From assembly GCA_965240325.2 (NCBI GenBank), contig OZ251231.1, positions 372,001 through 436,000 on the forward strand: a DNA stretch of 64,000 nucleotides, written 5' to 3'. A program made the translations under genes and the position numbers. Numbering within the stretch: the stretch's first letter is position 1; every line of letters begins with the position of its first letter. The notes under the pieces were generated by a model. That model searched no databases and was not told where the DNA came from. It saw only the letters and a program-made list of their open reading frames with translations. This stretch comes from Rebecca billardiae RCC1528 (lineage: Eukaryota > Protista > Haptophyta). Shown here one piece after another: positions 11,844 to 26,353 of this stretch.

Positions 11844-14583
11844 TGTGTCTAGCCGTCCTCGTGAACGCCGACGCCAACTGCTGGCCGAAGGTGGGCACGC
11901 CGCCTGTTGCCGAAAGATGTTGGTCGGTGCACGCGACGCGCCACCCGCGTGCGAGCCGCCGCCGCCGGCGACGCAGGACGAGCTTGGCTGGAGCCATCTC
12001 GCACGCCGCGCCTGGCGAAGCAGGCGGCAGAGGCCGGCGCCGGAAATCGATCTCCTGGGCGGCAGAACAACCCGGACAGACTGTTTGTCCGGGAGCAGCG
12101 CCCTTTGAGGCGATGGTCTGGTAGAGGGCGATGTGGCTGATGAGCGGCGCTGGCGCCCGGCGTTCTTGTCGTCCTCTTAGACAATCAGTTATTGTACCAA
12201 TAACCCCACATATATAAGCTGACGGCATACTGCACGTTAAAACATAAGCTAGCACGCAGTATTATTATAAACGACTGTACGGTGTATCTCGCCTGCCTGC
12301 AGATTGAGCTGCTGTGTGCGTCTCTGCTTATTAATATTATTCTTATCCCCAATACTACCGCGCAGGTTGCTTCTATACGAAGCAAGATGGGTTCGCCCCC
12401 GCGCGTGCGTGCTCGGCGGGCAGGTGGACGCCGCGAGAGGGCACGCGATGGCTGAGAGGCATCTTGCCGTGTAGTGCTCCATCAATGCACTCCCGACTCG
12501 CGACGGCGCCGCGTGCAGCACAGCCTGTGCCGTTCGGGTCATAGCTCCCGCACACCACAAGTTGGCTCCGCGCGAGGCGAGACGAGGTGTCCGGAGTGGC
12601 AACATGCGGCTGGGGATGTCTTTGTTGGTGCACGGAGCGCCAATCTCCGGCTCGGGGGCCAGTAGTGACAAAGCGTTCGCGCGCCAGAGCCCGCGAGAGG
12701 GGCGCGGGGTCAAAGTCCCCGGGTTTCCACTGTCCTTTCCGCCGCACCCCTCGCACAGCGAGGGGTGCTCGACCGTTACGGGAGATTAGATGCACCTGCG
12801 TTGAGGGCCTGCCGGACTGATCAGCAACCGATCGGGACGGAGAGATACTGCTGTGTATCCTCCAAAAAGCGACGCTTCGCGGGGCAGATGCTCGAGAGAT
12901 CGGACGATCAAGCGAAAGTCATAGGTTGCATTTTTAGGCCCACTACGGCGAGACTTACTCACGTCATTAACAGAAGCTTACCCGCTGCTCAACTTTCGTC
13001 CCGCTGGAGCGACGTCTCGACCAATGGCGCGCGTCGGATGAAAGAAAGGTTCTCTGATCTCGCGTAATCTGGCGCTGGGGCTCAGGAAGTACCGGGAACG
13101 CAGCGGACTACGACCTCACCCTCGTCCAAGTGCTCCGGAAGGCGCTCAGGCCGCGGCGGCATCTGCCGTCGCGCCGCCACGTACCCCAGGCCGAGGCGGT
13201 GCTCCATCCCGGCCCTGCTCCCTCAGAGGCGGGCAGGGCTGCGGCCGCGGGTGGCGCACTGCCGCCTGACCTGGTTGGAAGGCGCGGACGCATTCTATAT
13301 GTGTCTGCTGGCACTCTCTGACTCCAGTGAGCCTGACGCTGCTGTCGCTTGCGCCCGTTGCATACCAGCACGTCATTAAACTGATATACAGGGGTAGCCT
13401 CAACCATTAATTGTCACATTCTGACTGAGCTGCACGCCACTGCTCAGGAACCCTGCCCCCCTCCGCCTGGGCTGATCCAGGCGGCCCCCACGGCCCGTGC
13501 ACGCCGGTTTCGACCCCGAGCGCGTCAGCCCCAGCGCGCGTGGGCTGGAGTTGGGCACACCAGCAGGTCACACGGCTGCAGGCGTACAGCCTGTCGCAGC
13601 TGGCCAGATCCTGCCACAGGCTTGTCGTCACTGGTCGCGGGCCGTGTGCCCACACACTGACACAGACCAGGCCTCAGCCTGAATTGTGCCTTGGCAGTGG
13701 ATCTGGTACCCCCTAGGGAGGGCTGCATGCCACCTGGGGGGGAGCTCATGGGATGCAGCTGCTGTGGCACAGTGCCCAATCCCGCACCCCCACCTGCGCA
13801 GACCTGCGCTTCAAGGACCTGTCCGCTGTCGGGTCAGCTCCCCTGCATACTGGGAGGCCAGCAGCAGGCCCAGCAGCAGCACCCGCTGACACACCCAGAG
13901 GGTGGCCAGCCACCCGACTAGTGACTGGGGGCTTAGGAGTGGGGCTCAGTGCAGCCAAGAGCTCCGTGCAGCCTAGGGTAGCTGCTGGTGGCTGGCCTGC
14001 ATGGATTTTATTCAAGCTGACCACCGCCCGGCCCACTGCTGCCTGCAGCACCCCTCGCTGCACCCACCTGGGCTGCTGCACATGCGCACTCTGGATGGCA
14101 CCACAGCCCAGCATGGAGAGCTGGCCATAAGCAGCCACCCACTCGTCAGAATGGCCAGGGAGTGGGCTGTAGTGCTAGACCACATCGTCTAGCCAGGCCG
14201 AATCGTCGTCAAGTGCCGTCACATCATATATATATATACGATCGACATGATGAATAACGAGTACTGGTAACGACATCATCACACAAGTGATGCCTGCTGT
14301 CATCAGCAGTGCATGGCACGACAAACAGAGATACAGCAGCGCTAATATTGTTGAGACCCCTGTATATCGCGTCATATCGTCATCTGCGAAGTGCGACGAG
14401 CGCAGCAGACGTCATCGTCGCGTCTGGGACTTGGTGCGCGCGCCGCGCGCCGCGTGAGTGCCGCGCCTCGGAGTCACGGACGACGATCATCGGATACAGC
14501 ATATAATATTATCATATATATACGTAGCGCGCGGCCGAACAGCACTCAGCAGCTGCAGCAGCGACGCCGCTGGTGCGGCGTCG

Positions 14584-17500
14584 TCACTCCTCGGGCAGGG
14601 CGCCCGCGACGGCTGACGCCTCGGCGTGGCCGATCGACGAGAGCTGCGCCTGCGAGCCGCCGCCGCCACTCCCGCTCGTGCCCGGCCGCAGCCCCATCGC
14701 CGGACGGGACGGCGGCCGGGAGCCGGCGAGGCTGCCGGTGTCGGCGCTGCTCCGACTTGTCGGCCGCCTGCTGAAGCTGCCCTCGCCGAGCTCGTCTGCG
14801 AGCGCGTAATTGAGCGGCAGCGCGCGCATCGGGCCGTGCAGCACCTTGCCCGCGTCCCACTCCACGCTGTCGTCCTCGACGAAGCCGTGCTCGGCGCGCT
14901 CGTCCGCGCTCATCCCCTGCAGCTGCTCCGTGAGCCGCGCCTGCGTGCGCGCGTCCACCGCGGAGCGCATCGCCGCCACCTCGACGCGGAAGGGGTGGGC
15001 AAGGCCGCCGAGGCTGGTGATCACGTTGGAGTAGCGCGTCTGCGAGCTCGTCGGGTCGCCGGGCAGCGCGTCCTCCGCCTCGCCCTGCTCCAGCCAGCCC
15101 GCGGGCAGCGTGTTGTTGCACGACAGAAGGAACTCCACCAGCCACGCCATCTCGGGCTCGTGCGTCAAGTCGACGTCGAGCGCGGACGCGGCGACGAAAA
15201 TGTCGGGGACTGGGCACGGCCGGTGGCGGAGCAGCTTGCCGCGCACGGTGCGGTGCAGCTCGGAGAGCTCCTCGATCGCGTCGCGCTTGCACCGGAGCGC
15301 GAGCGCGTGCCGAGCCGCCTCCTGCGCACGGCGCCGCGCGCGCGCGGCGTCGTCAGCCGCGGCGCGCAGCGGTGTCGCGCGCCGAGGCTGCGGAGCCGCG
15401 CGTCGCGCGCGCGCGCGGGGCGCTGTTGGCGCGCATCTCACGCACCCTCTCCTGCTGCATGGCGCCTCGGACGTTGTCAATCAGCCCGTGCCACCACGGG
15501 CCCTGCTGCTCGGTCTGGTTGCGGAGCTTCGCCTGTGCGCGCGCGCGCGCGGTGTGTGTGCCGGTGCGGGCGGCGCGCGGGTGGGCGCGAGCGCGCGCGC
15601 GCGGCGCGGCGGCGGCGCGGCGGCGCGGCGGCGGCGGCCGCGGCGGTGTCGGGCCTCGATCGCGCCGTGGCGGTGCGCAGCCGCCGCCGCACCTCTCGCG
15701 CTTTCTGCAGCCGCCGGCGCGTGATGGACGGGGCCTCGATCACGGGCAGCTCGGGCTGCGACTTGCCCGTGCGCAGGTTGTGGTAGTAGGGCTTGCCGGA
15801 GCGGTCGGCAAACTGACGGGCGCGGAGGGCGGAGGGCGCGCGAGCGCGGCGCCGGCGGGCGCGTCAGCCGCCGCGGCGGCGGGCATGCGCACGCGCGCGC
15901 GCGCGCGCGCCCGCTCGGCCGCGCGCACTCACCTGCATCCAGCCCTCGAGGTGCGACCACTTGCGCGGCTTGCCCTTGCTCTTGCGCTCGTGCTCGACGT
16001 GCTCGGCGAACGCGTCGAGCAGCGGGTGCGTGTGCCGCACCTCGCCGGTGAGCTCGTTCACGTATGCGCTCGCGGCGGTGAAGGAGGAGCGACGGGTGGA
16101 GCGGCGGGGCGCGCGGCGCGTGCCGCCCGCGGGCGCGGTCGAGTCGGCGCCGGCCGTGCTGGCATCGTCAGCCGTCTCCTCCGCCGTGCTCGGCCGCTCG
16201 AGCGTCTCACGCCGCGCGCCGAGCTCGGGCGTCTCCGCGCGCGCGTCCTCGGCGGCCGCGACACCGAGCACGTCCGCGCCGCCGCCCTCACCCTCGTCCT
16301 GGCCGTCGCCGCGCGCAGACCCCTCCGCCTTGCTTAGCTTGAGCAGCGCCTGCGCGGCGTCGTCGCCGGTGAGCTCGGCCCAGAAGAGAGGCAGCGGCGC
16401 CGAGATCGCCTCCACCGCGATCCACAGCAGGTGCAGCTCGTCCGACGACGCCGAGATGTCGATCCCGATCGCGTCGCCCATCACGCGCACGTCCGCCGGC
16501 GAGATGGCCTCGCGCTCAAGAGCGAACGCGGCGCGCGGCGTCATCTGCGTGCAGGCGCCCCACTCGTGTCGCTCGATGGTTGGCGCATTGTGCCGCCCGA
16601 CGACCGAGACAAAGGCCTGCGCCGGCAGGGGCGCGTGTGTGCGCGGGCGGGCGGGGCGTGAGCGCGCGCCGGCAGCGCAGCGCGGCGCGGCCCTTGCCCC
16701 CGCGTCCGCGGCCGCGCGCGCTCGCGCCCCGGCGGCCGACGGCAAGTCTGACGAGCACACGCGCACGCACACGCTCGGGCGCACGCGTGGCGGGGCATGC
16801 GCGCGCGCCCCGCCGCTCGCGCAACAGCCGCGGCAGGCAGGCACGAGAGCAAGCGCGAGCGCGCGAGCGCGCAACAGCCGCGGCAGACACGAGCGCGCGC
16901 GCAAGAGCAAAGGAAAGCAATACATGAACAATGGGCGATGATTCTTTTCCGCGCGCGCACCTCTTCGCTGATCGAGATGGCGCGGCGTGCGAGCCGCATG
17001 ATGAGCCTCTTCTGCGCGAGGTACTGCTCGCGCGAGACCCAGCCGTCCTGCTGGTTGGGCTCGTCCACGCGCACCTTGAGCCCCTTCACGACGTACTCGG
17101 GCAGCGCGGCTTGCACCTGCGCGCGCACGGCGCGCGCGCGCGGCGCGGGCGCGCGGTGGCGCGGCGCGCGGCGGTCCAAGGGCGGAGGAGGGAGGTGGCT
17201 CGTGAGAACAGGCGCGCGCGCGCTCCGCTGCCCCGCGCCCACCGTCCGCCCGCGGCTCCGCCCTCGGCGCGGCGCCCGCCGACGCCGCGCCCGCGCCCCG
17301 CACCGCGCGGCGCGGCAGCACACACCTCCTTCAGCGCGTCGTGCGCCGCGATCAGCTGCTGCTTCACAGCCTTGCGAGACGTGTAGTACGGTTCGACGCG
17401 CGCCACCAGCGAGCGCGGGCCCTCCAGCTCGGCGGTAAGACGGTCCTCGAGCGCGTCGAGTGCGCGCGGCAGCCACGCGCGCGCCTCGCGCTGGTTCTCC

Positions 17501-18301
17501 GAGCCGCGCGGGCACGAGCGGTCCAGCTCGCGCAGCACCTGCTCGCGCCCCATCGCCATGTGCAGCTGCTCCTTGGCCGCGCGCATCCGTGCCTGCGCGT
17601 GCACTTGCGCATCAGTCGGCGCGGCGGTGCCGTCCGCGCCCGCGGCCGCGTTGGCCGCCGAGCGCGCGGCCTTGAGGAGCAGCGAGTCCTCCTGCGCGCG
17701 CGCGTTGTAGATGTTGGCGATGCGCTCGCGCCGCCGCTTCTCCGCGATCACCGGCTGCATCGCGCGCTCCGCCGCCTTCAGCTCCACCTTGAGCGGCGCC
17801 ATCGTTTCGTTAATCAGCCGTCGGACGTTGAGCTCGGCCACCGCCGGCACGTCGCGAGATTGGATCTCGGCGGAGAGGGCGGTGGGCTCGAGGCCGAGCG
17901 CCTCGGCGACGGAGTCGAGCGAGAGGTCGGGCGCGGAGAGCGCCGAGCCGATCGCCGCGATCAGCTCGCGCGGCGCGCCGATCCGCTCGTCCGTCGACTC
18001 GAGCAGCGTGTACGTGAGCAGACACGACGCAGACGGCAGTCCTTGCTTCTCCGCGGCCGACGCCGACGCCGCCTCCGCGTCAGGACCGAGCTGCAGCCGG
18101 TCCGGGTCGACGTCGAGGTAGTTGTGCAGGTCGTACTTGAGCTGCGCGCGCGCACGCGCGCGGGGGGGGAGGGGGGCACGCGCGCGGCGGGGGCGGGCGG
18201 AAGCCGAGCGGCGTCAGCGCGCCATGGGCTGCGCGTGTGGCGGGCGGCGCCGGCGTGGCGATCGCGCGCGCAGGCTGCCACGTGCGCGCGCACACACACC
18301 A

Positions 18302-18348
<47 letters not shown>

Positions 18349-21300
18349 ACGCGCACACCGCGCGCACACCGCGCGCACACCGCACACGCACGCAACGCCC
18401 GCGCGCGCAGGGCGCCGCCCCGGCCGCACCTTTGCGCTGAACGCTCCGTAGAGCTCGGCGCGCGAGGGACCTCCCACTCCCTTCTGCAGCAGCGAGCAGC
18501 GCAGCGTGAGCCGTGTCGGCGGGATCACGGAGAGCTCGCGCAGCTGCGCGACCATCTGCAGGGAAGAAGGAGGGATCCAAGAGACGGGGGAACAGGGCGC
18601 GGCGAGGCGGCCGGGAGGGTGAGCGCGCGCGCACGCGTGCGGAGGGTTAGGGTTAGGGTTAGGGTTAGGGTTAATGACTGGGGGGACCGAGCGCGCGCGG
18701 AGCAGACTCGCTCCCGCGCGCGCGCGGGTGGTGGTGTGCGCACGCGCGCGTGCGTGCGTGACACGCGCGGCACGCAGCCTCGCGCGTGGGCCTCCGCCGC
18801 CGCGCGGCGCACCTGCAGCCCCCCCTGCAGCTCCTCGATGCGCCGCAGTGCGCTCTTATACACGCCCTTCATTCGGAGGGAAGCCGCGAGCCGGCCCGCG
18901 CCCGAGATGCGGCCGCGCTGGAGCTGCACCCAGCGCAGCCGCTCGAGCGCGTGCTCGAGCGTCTCGAGGCACATGAGCTCGCCGCGCACGCCCTCGATCT
19001 CCTCCTCCAGCCCCGCCAGCGCCTCCACCTTGTCCCGAGCCGGGCCGAGCAGCGGTCGGAACGACTCGATGTCGCGCGCCCAGTCCTGGGTGGTCATGTA
19101 GGCGCGGTCGAGCACGCGCTTGGCGGGCGTCTGGCGCGACGTGTCGTCGAGCAGCTCCCACAGCGCGTTGCGCCCGCCTGCGCGCCAGCCAGACGCGCGG
19201 GCGCGCGGCGCGCTCAGCCGTGCGCGGCGCGCGCGCGACACGCGCACACGCACGCGCGCGCGCGCGCGCGCGCGCAGACGGCGCAGCGGGGCGCGCGCGC
19301 GCACCGCGCCCCTCCTCGACGTGCGTGCACATCTCGGTGAGCTCGGCGATCGACGGCTTCGCCGCCTGCTCGCTCAGCACCTCGGCGTGCGTGCGGCTCA
19401 GGTGCCCGGTCGCACCGATCAGCAGCTGCGCAGCCCACGGGTGGCGCGCCTGCAGCTGCTGCGCCTGCGCGCGCGCGCCCTCGAGGTAGCGAAGGCGCGC
19501 GGCGGCGGAGCGCGCGGCGGAGGCCTCGTGCTGCAGCACGGCGAGCACGACCGGGCTCGTCCGCGCGCCGAACTGCACCTTCGGCCCCGCCTCCTCCGCC
19601 GCCTCGATCTCGACCATCCGCGCCTCCATCCACGCCATCGGGTGGCCGATCGATTCGAGCGCGCGCCGGTCAAACTGTTCGCCCACGTCGCGCAGCTGCG
19701 AGGTGAGCTGGAGGCGTCGGCGCTGCGCGTGCGCGGCGGAGGCGGCGAAGGAGGACTGCTCGTTCGACGGGAGGCCCGACGAGCCCTTCGCCGCCGAGCC
19801 GCGCCGCGAGCGCGCCATCGGCGGCGTGTGCTGCCCGGCTGAGCGAGGCGTGTCGCGCGCCGCGCCGTCCGCGCCCGCGCCGCCGCCGCCGCCGCCGTGC
19901 GGCGGCGTCGGCTGGCGCGGCGGCGAGCCGAGCGGCTGCGGCGCGGCGTCGGGGTCGGCGGCGGCCTCGTCCGCGCGCGCGCCGCCCGCCGCCTCGTCCG
20001 CACCGCCCTCGCCCAGCCCGCGCGCGCCGCCGCCGCCGCCGCCGGATGCGGCGGCGCGCGCGGGCGATTCGTCGGCGCGCGCGGAGCTGTCGTCCGGCCG
20101 CGGCGAGCGCCTCCCGGAGTCCTCGTCGGCGCGGCCGGACTCGTCGTTGGCCGAGAGGTCAGCGGCGTCGTCCGGGTCGAGGTCGGTGACGGGCGCCGCG
20201 GTGCCGCCCTCCGCCATCGACTCCGCGTCGCCGTCGCCCCAGAGCCCGCCCTCCGCCGCGGGCGCGCCGTCGGCCGCGCGCGCGGCGGCCGCCGCGGCCG
20301 CGGCCGCCTGCTGCGAGCGCGCGGTGCGCGCCGCCTCGGCGGCGGCCTCCGCGTCGCGCCGCGCGCGCGCCTCGGCCTCGGCGCGCGCGCGCGCGGCCTC
20401 CTCCGCCGCGGCCTCCTCCGCCGCGATCTCCGCCGCCAGCGCGTCCTCCGCCTCCGTCCGCCGCGCCGCCGCCGTCTCCGCGTCGACGTACGCGTACGCG
20501 CGCAAGCACTCGTCCATCACGCGCGACACGCCGACGCCGTGCGAGATCGCGGCGAGGAGGCGGTAGTACTCGGCGTGCGTGTTGGGCGGGAGCGCGCGGC
20601 GCTTGGCCTGCAGCCCGGCGAGCCGCGCCTCCAGCTCGGTGCGCAGCGGCGGCAGCGCCTCCAGCGCCTCCGCCACCGACGAGAGCGAGAGAGAGCCGCT
20701 GTCCGTCACGCGCGTGTACTCCGACCAGACCAGGTCCGACACCTCTTCCCAGCGGCGCACGTTGCGCTGCCACTTGACGGCGGCGTCGTTGAGCCGGCCG
20801 CCCTGCTCGCGCACCTTGGCGGTGAACTCGAGCCGCTCGCGCCGCAGCTGCCGCGCGCGGATCCGCGCCAGCTTGATCCGCATCCACACCTGGATCAGCA
20901 TGATCACGTGTTCGTACAAAGGGTAGCGACGCATGGCCGCCGCGAGCGTCTGCCGCCGCTTCACGAGGAGCGCCTCGCGCTGCCGCTTGAGGCGCTGGTC
21001 TGCGGCCTGCCGGATGAACTCGTCGCGCGAGAGGCCGGACTGCGAGAGCAGCATCGAGATGTCCCGGTCGCGCCGCGCCTTCCGCCGCCAGTGGTACTGC
21101 ACGACGCGCGCGGCGCCGTCCTCGCGCGCCCACACGCGCACGCCCACGCGCCGGTTGAAGCCGAGCCATCGGTACGCCATCGCAATCTTGGCGGCGGCGC
21201 GCTCGCGCGCGACGTTGGCGGCCTTGCGCCGCGAGAACTCGTGGGCGGAGCCGTACAGCAGCGCGGCCACCGCGTGCCACCGCCGCCCGTCGCCGTCCGC

Positions 21301-21515
21301 CGCGCCCAGGCTCGGCGGCAGCATCTGCTCCTGCGCATCCAGCTGCAGCCGCCGCCTCCGGCCCAGCATGTTTTCCATAATGAAAATATCGGCAGCGTTC
21401 ATCTCGCCAATCTCGTCGGCGGAGTGCGCGCGGGACGGGTGGAAGACGGAGGTGGAGGCGGCGGCGGCGCCGCCGCCGCCGCCGCCGAGCGCGCCCGCCG
21501 TGCCGCCCAACCCGC

Positions 21516-21554
<39 letters not shown>

Positions 21555-23890
21555 GCGCGGCCGCGCCGCCGCGCGAGGCGCCGAGCGCGCCCGGTGGCGG
21601 CGGCGACGCGCTGCGGCCGCCGCCGCCGCCGCCGGCGGCGTTGGCGCCGGCGGCGGGGCTTGGGCCGCGCCCCTTCTTCTTCTTCTCCTCGCGCGGCGGC
21701 GGCGGGTCGAACCAGTTCAGCGAGAACGGGTCCGTCGCCATCGGCAGCGGCAGCGTCCAAAAATCCGAGAGCACCTTGAGGACGAATGAGAAGCCGTGCC
21801 AGAGCGAGCGGCTCTCGCGCGGCCGCACGTTGGCGGAGGGTGGCGCCTCGATGTAGCGCAGCGCGTACGTGGAGATGAGCAGCGTGCCGTCGGGGCCGGA
21901 GGGCTGCGTCGCCGCGGCGATCAGCGCGCCCATCCCCGCGCCGCCCGCGTTCGCGTCGCGCAGCTGCAGTCGCTTCTCCGCGTCCTCCGACGCCTTGACA
22001 AGCTTGGCGGCGCGCGCGCGCTTGCGCGGCGCGTTCGGCGGCTCCGAGTACGAGGCGACGAACTCCTCCTGCGCGTGGTGCACCTGCTGGCACTCGCGGA
22101 GCAGCTGCACCATGCGCAGCAGCGTCATGCGCAGCTCGGCGAGCACCCGCGCCGCGTCCGAGCGCAGCTGGCTCGCCGTGGGAGAGGAGCGCGCTGCCGA
22201 GACTTCGCCTGAAAAGGCGTTGGGCTCGCCGGCGGTGCGCACGCGCCCGGGCGTGCCCGTGCCGCCGCTCGCGGCGGCGACGGCGGCGGCCTGCTGCCGC
22301 TGCACCTGCAGCCGCCAGCGCGTCGCCACGTCGAGCAGCGCCTCCGTCTGCATCTCGTAGAACTCGATCAGCGGGCGCATGTTCGCAGCCATCGGGTGGT
22401 CGTTGGGGAACGCCACGCCGCCGCCGCCGAGCGCCTGCCGCGCGCCGTCAGCGCCCGCGCCCGCCTCGGCCTCCGAGCCGCGGCCGGCGAGCGTGCGCGC
22501 GACGATGGCGCGGGTGGTCGAGTTCGCGCCCGCGGTGGTGATCAGGTGCACCACGCTCCCGCGCTTCGAGTGCGCCGTCGTCTTGATCGTCACGTGCCGC
22601 GCGGACGGAAGCGTCGACGGGGCGCGTGTCAGTCGAATGTGGTCCTCGGCGGTGAGCTGCGGAAGCATGGCCACGCCGAGCGGCGAGGTGGGCGCGGCGG
22701 CGGCGAGCGCGCCGGCGGGCACGAGCGCGGCGCCCACGCCCCCGCCCCCGCCGCCCGGCGAGCCGCCGCCGCCCGCCAGCGCGGGCTCGGCCCACGCCGG
22801 CCGAACGCCAGGGATCGGCTCCAGCGTCGCTCGCGCGCCGCGCGCGGTGCTGGCGCCCGCGCGCCGCGCGCCCGCGCCGCGCGCCGGCGGGGGCGCGCGG
22901 CCCGCGACGGTCGGGCCGGTGGTGGGGCGGGGGCGCGCTGCGCCGTCGGGCTCGGGGAGCGGCGCCGTGCGCTCGCCGATCGCGTGCAGCGTCACCGCGT
23001 GCTCGTCGACCGTGCGCGGGCGCGCCGCGCCGCCGTGCTCGGCCGTCCCCGCCGCGGCCGCGTCGCGACGGCCGCCACGCTTGCCGCCGCCGCCGTCGGG
23101 CGCGGCGGCGTTGGCGCGCGTGCGGCCGGAGAGCCGCTTCGGCTTGGGCTTGGGCTGCATCGCCGCCTGCCGCTCCGAGAGCGCGCTGAGCGACACCGCG
23201 TGCGCGCCCGTCGGGCGCGTGTCCACGTCCCTGGAGATCAGGCCAACCGCCTGCGCGTGCGAGCCGAGGCGAACGGCGGTTACATTCCGGGCGAGTAACG
23301 TCTCGGCGAGGTCGAGGTTCTTCGCGCCGACGGCGGCGGTGAGCGCCTCGCCGAGCATCAGCTCCGACGCGCCGCGCCGCGCCTCGCCGGACTCCCACCC
23401 GTCCCAGTGGTCGAACGCATCGAGCATGAGGTTGGTAATCCGGCCGGCGCGAGACGCGGCTGCGACGATCAGAGGCACGTGCGCTGACGTGAGCGCGGTC
23501 GGGTTCGCGTGCCGCGCGAGGAGCGCGCCGACGAGGGCGGAGTCGTTCGTCTCGATCGCGCGCTGCAGCGCGCTCCGCCCCGCGTGGTCCTTGATGTTCG
23601 TGTCCGCGCCGCGCGTGAGCAGCGCGTTCACCACCGCGCGCTCGTGCGCGTCGATGGCGCGCAGCAGCGCGGTGCAGCCACCCTCGTCGCGCGCGTCGAG
23701 CTGGATCACGCCGGGGGCGTGCACCGAGCCGAGGGCGACGAGGGCGGGGTGCTTCGCGCGCGCGCGCAGCCCGCCCGGGCCCGCCGACGCGCGGCGGCGC
23801 ACCGCCGACGCGCGCTTCGGCGTCGTCGGCTGCGCCGCGCCCCGGTCGCCGCCGTCGGCGCTGCCGCCGCTGCCGCCACGGAAGCTGGGC

Positions 23891-23935
<45 letters not shown>

Positions 23936-25497
23936 TCCTCGAAGGGGAAGGCGGCGTTCGGGTCCATCGGCGTCATGGGCGAGACGGGCGGCGAGCCGCG
24001 CGTGCTCCCGCCCGCGCCGCCGCCCGCCGCGGCCGACGGCGCCGCCGGCGCCGCCGGCGCCGTCCCAATCGCCATGTGCAACAACGTCGCCGACGGCTGA
24101 CCGCCCTTCTCAAGGAGCGCGGCGATGACAGGATCGCTCCCCTCCCAGAAGGCCACGTCGAGGGCGGTGAGGCCGGAGGCGTTGCGCACGGTGAGGTCGG
24201 CGCCGCGCTCGAGCAGCGTGCGCACGAACGACACCTCCAGCGCCGAGCTCGCCTCCTCCGACCGCGCCGCCTCCTCCGCCTGCTGCGCCGCCGCCGCCGC
24301 CGGATCGAGCGGCGCGCCGCCGTCCGCGCCCGCCGCCGCGCTGCTCAGTACGACGCCGGTGCCGCCGCCGGCGGCGCCGGCGGCGGGGCCGCCGTCGGCC
24401 GCGGCGGCGAGCTCGCGCGCGGCGCGGCTCGCGCTGATCATCACGCCGCACCGGTGCACCGCCACGTGCAGCAGCGTGTCGCCGCCGCCGACGCCGGTGC
24501 CGGCGATCGCCGCGCCGCCGAGCTGCGACGAGTCAGCGCGCGTCTCCGAGACGAGCGCGTTCACGTCGGCGCCCGCGTCGAGGAGGAGGTTGGCGGCGTC
24601 GTGGTCGCGCAGGTCGAGCATCGCCACCTCGAGCGCCGTCCGCCCCTGCTCGTCCCGCGCGCGCAGCAGCGCCGCGCCCTCCGACTCGAGCAGCGCCGCC
24701 ACCACGTCGGGCCGGCCGTGCACGAGCGCATCGTGCAGCGGCGCGCGCGAGCGCGAGCGGAAGAGCTGGACGGCGAGCTCGGTGCGCAGCGTGTGCTGCA
24801 CGCGCTCGTCGTGCAGCCGGTCGAAGTGGGCGTCGATCAGCCGCAGGCAGTACCGCACGAGCTGCCGCGCGTCCGCGTCCGCCGCCTCGTGCGCGCGCGA
24901 GATCAGCCGAGGGCCGACGTGCACGGACGCGCCGCGCGCGAGGTCATTCGCTATCTGCTGCTCGGCGAGCTCCTTGAGGCGCTGGAGCGCGTCGATCTCG
25001 CCGCGGTCGGCGCGCTGGAGCTCGTTGCACAGCTTGATCAGCTCGAAGAGCAGCGACGGCTTCTCCGACGGCAGCTTCACCCGCTCCGTGTACAGCTGCT
25101 CGAGCAGAAGACCGACCGCGTCCGCGTGCGCGCTCATCACAAACGCGCCCGACTTGTCGAGGTTGGCCTCGACGTGCGCGACGAAGCGCGGGCCGCAGCG
25201 CGCGGCGAGGACGGCCTTGTGCACCTTGAACTCGGTGCGCGCCACCGGCGGCGGCGCGTCCGCGCCGCCCACCGTGCCGACGTCGTGGTCCTCCGCGGAC
25301 GGCTGCTGCAGCGCATACGTCGTGCGGAGCGTGAGGTCGGCGTACTTGCCCGAGCCGAGGAGCGCGGCGAAGTCGCCGGCGTGGTCGGCGGGGCGGACGA
25401 GTGGGAGGTCCGGGCCGACCTCCCGCCCCGCCTTCGCGCCGCCGCCCTCCTGCCTGGTGCCCACGCTCATGCGCAAGCTGGGCTTGCTGGTGGCCAT
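14584..25497 (-). CDS. Giant multi-exon BTB/POZ - ankyrin repeat - IQ motif - coiled-coil - WW (CEP164-N-like) protein
   Basis: ATG 25497 (MATSKPSL). BTB: [20 protein letters not shown]. Ankyrins: [35 protein letters not shown]-like: [25 protein letters not shown]. Downstream exons give [63 protein letters not shown] and [22 protein letters not shown]. The exon 1 (~19305) to exon 2 splice checks in frame; later joins were not all verified. Confidence 0.75.
18643..18673. repeat. Interstitial telomere-like (TTAGGG)5 in an intron
   Basis: AGGGTT x5 inside intron 18556-18812. Confidence 0.9.
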
Positions 25498-25765
25498 GGC
25501 CCCCGGCGCTGCCCCGAGCGTCGCCGCGACCGCCGCGGCGATGAGGGAGAAACCGAACGGATGACGCGCGCAAAAGGAAACGTCCGCCGGCTGGTTTCCT
25601 TCCTCCTGGCCATTTTCTTCAGCGGGGAAATCAAGGATCGAAAAGGGCGTGCTGCCACGATGGCGCTCCCCTGAAACGACTCGGGGGAAACGAACTTGAA
25701 CCCCCCGGCGCACCTGGGGCGGGGCCCGGCCGCGCTCGGGGCGTCGCACCCACGCGCGCGCGCGC

Positions 25766-26320
25766 ATGAGCTCGTCCATCGCGATGTCGTCGCTCTCGTC
25801 CGGCTCGTCCATCCGCGCCCCCGCGCCCAAGATGGACGCGCCCACGCGCGCCACCACCGCGTGGCTGCGCGCGTGGGACAAGGCGCCGCGCTCGACCCGC
25901 GAGCGCATGCTCGCGCGCTTCGCGCACGAGCACGCGGGGCGCACGGCGCCCGAGATCGAGCGCGCGCTGGGCATCAGCGCGAGCCTCGTCTTCGCGCGCC
26001 TCGTCTCCTGGCTCCGCCTCACCGCGCCCACCGGCACGGCGATGACCGCGCAGCTGAACGCGCTCAAGGTGTTTGTGTGCGCCGCGTCGTCCGACCGCTT
26101 CGCCGCCGACCTCGTGAGCTCGGGCGGGCTGCAGACGCTGGTCGACGTGATCGCGCTGCCCACCGTCATCCTGCCCCACCTCCCCAAGCGCGAGGCCATC
26201 GTCATCCTCGACAGCATCGCGGCCAACAGCCGAGAGTACCGAGAGGTGAGACCGAGCGCACGCGCACGCACACACACGCGCGCACACGCACACGCACACA
26301 CGCACACGCACACACACGCG

Positions 26321-26353
<33 letters not shown>

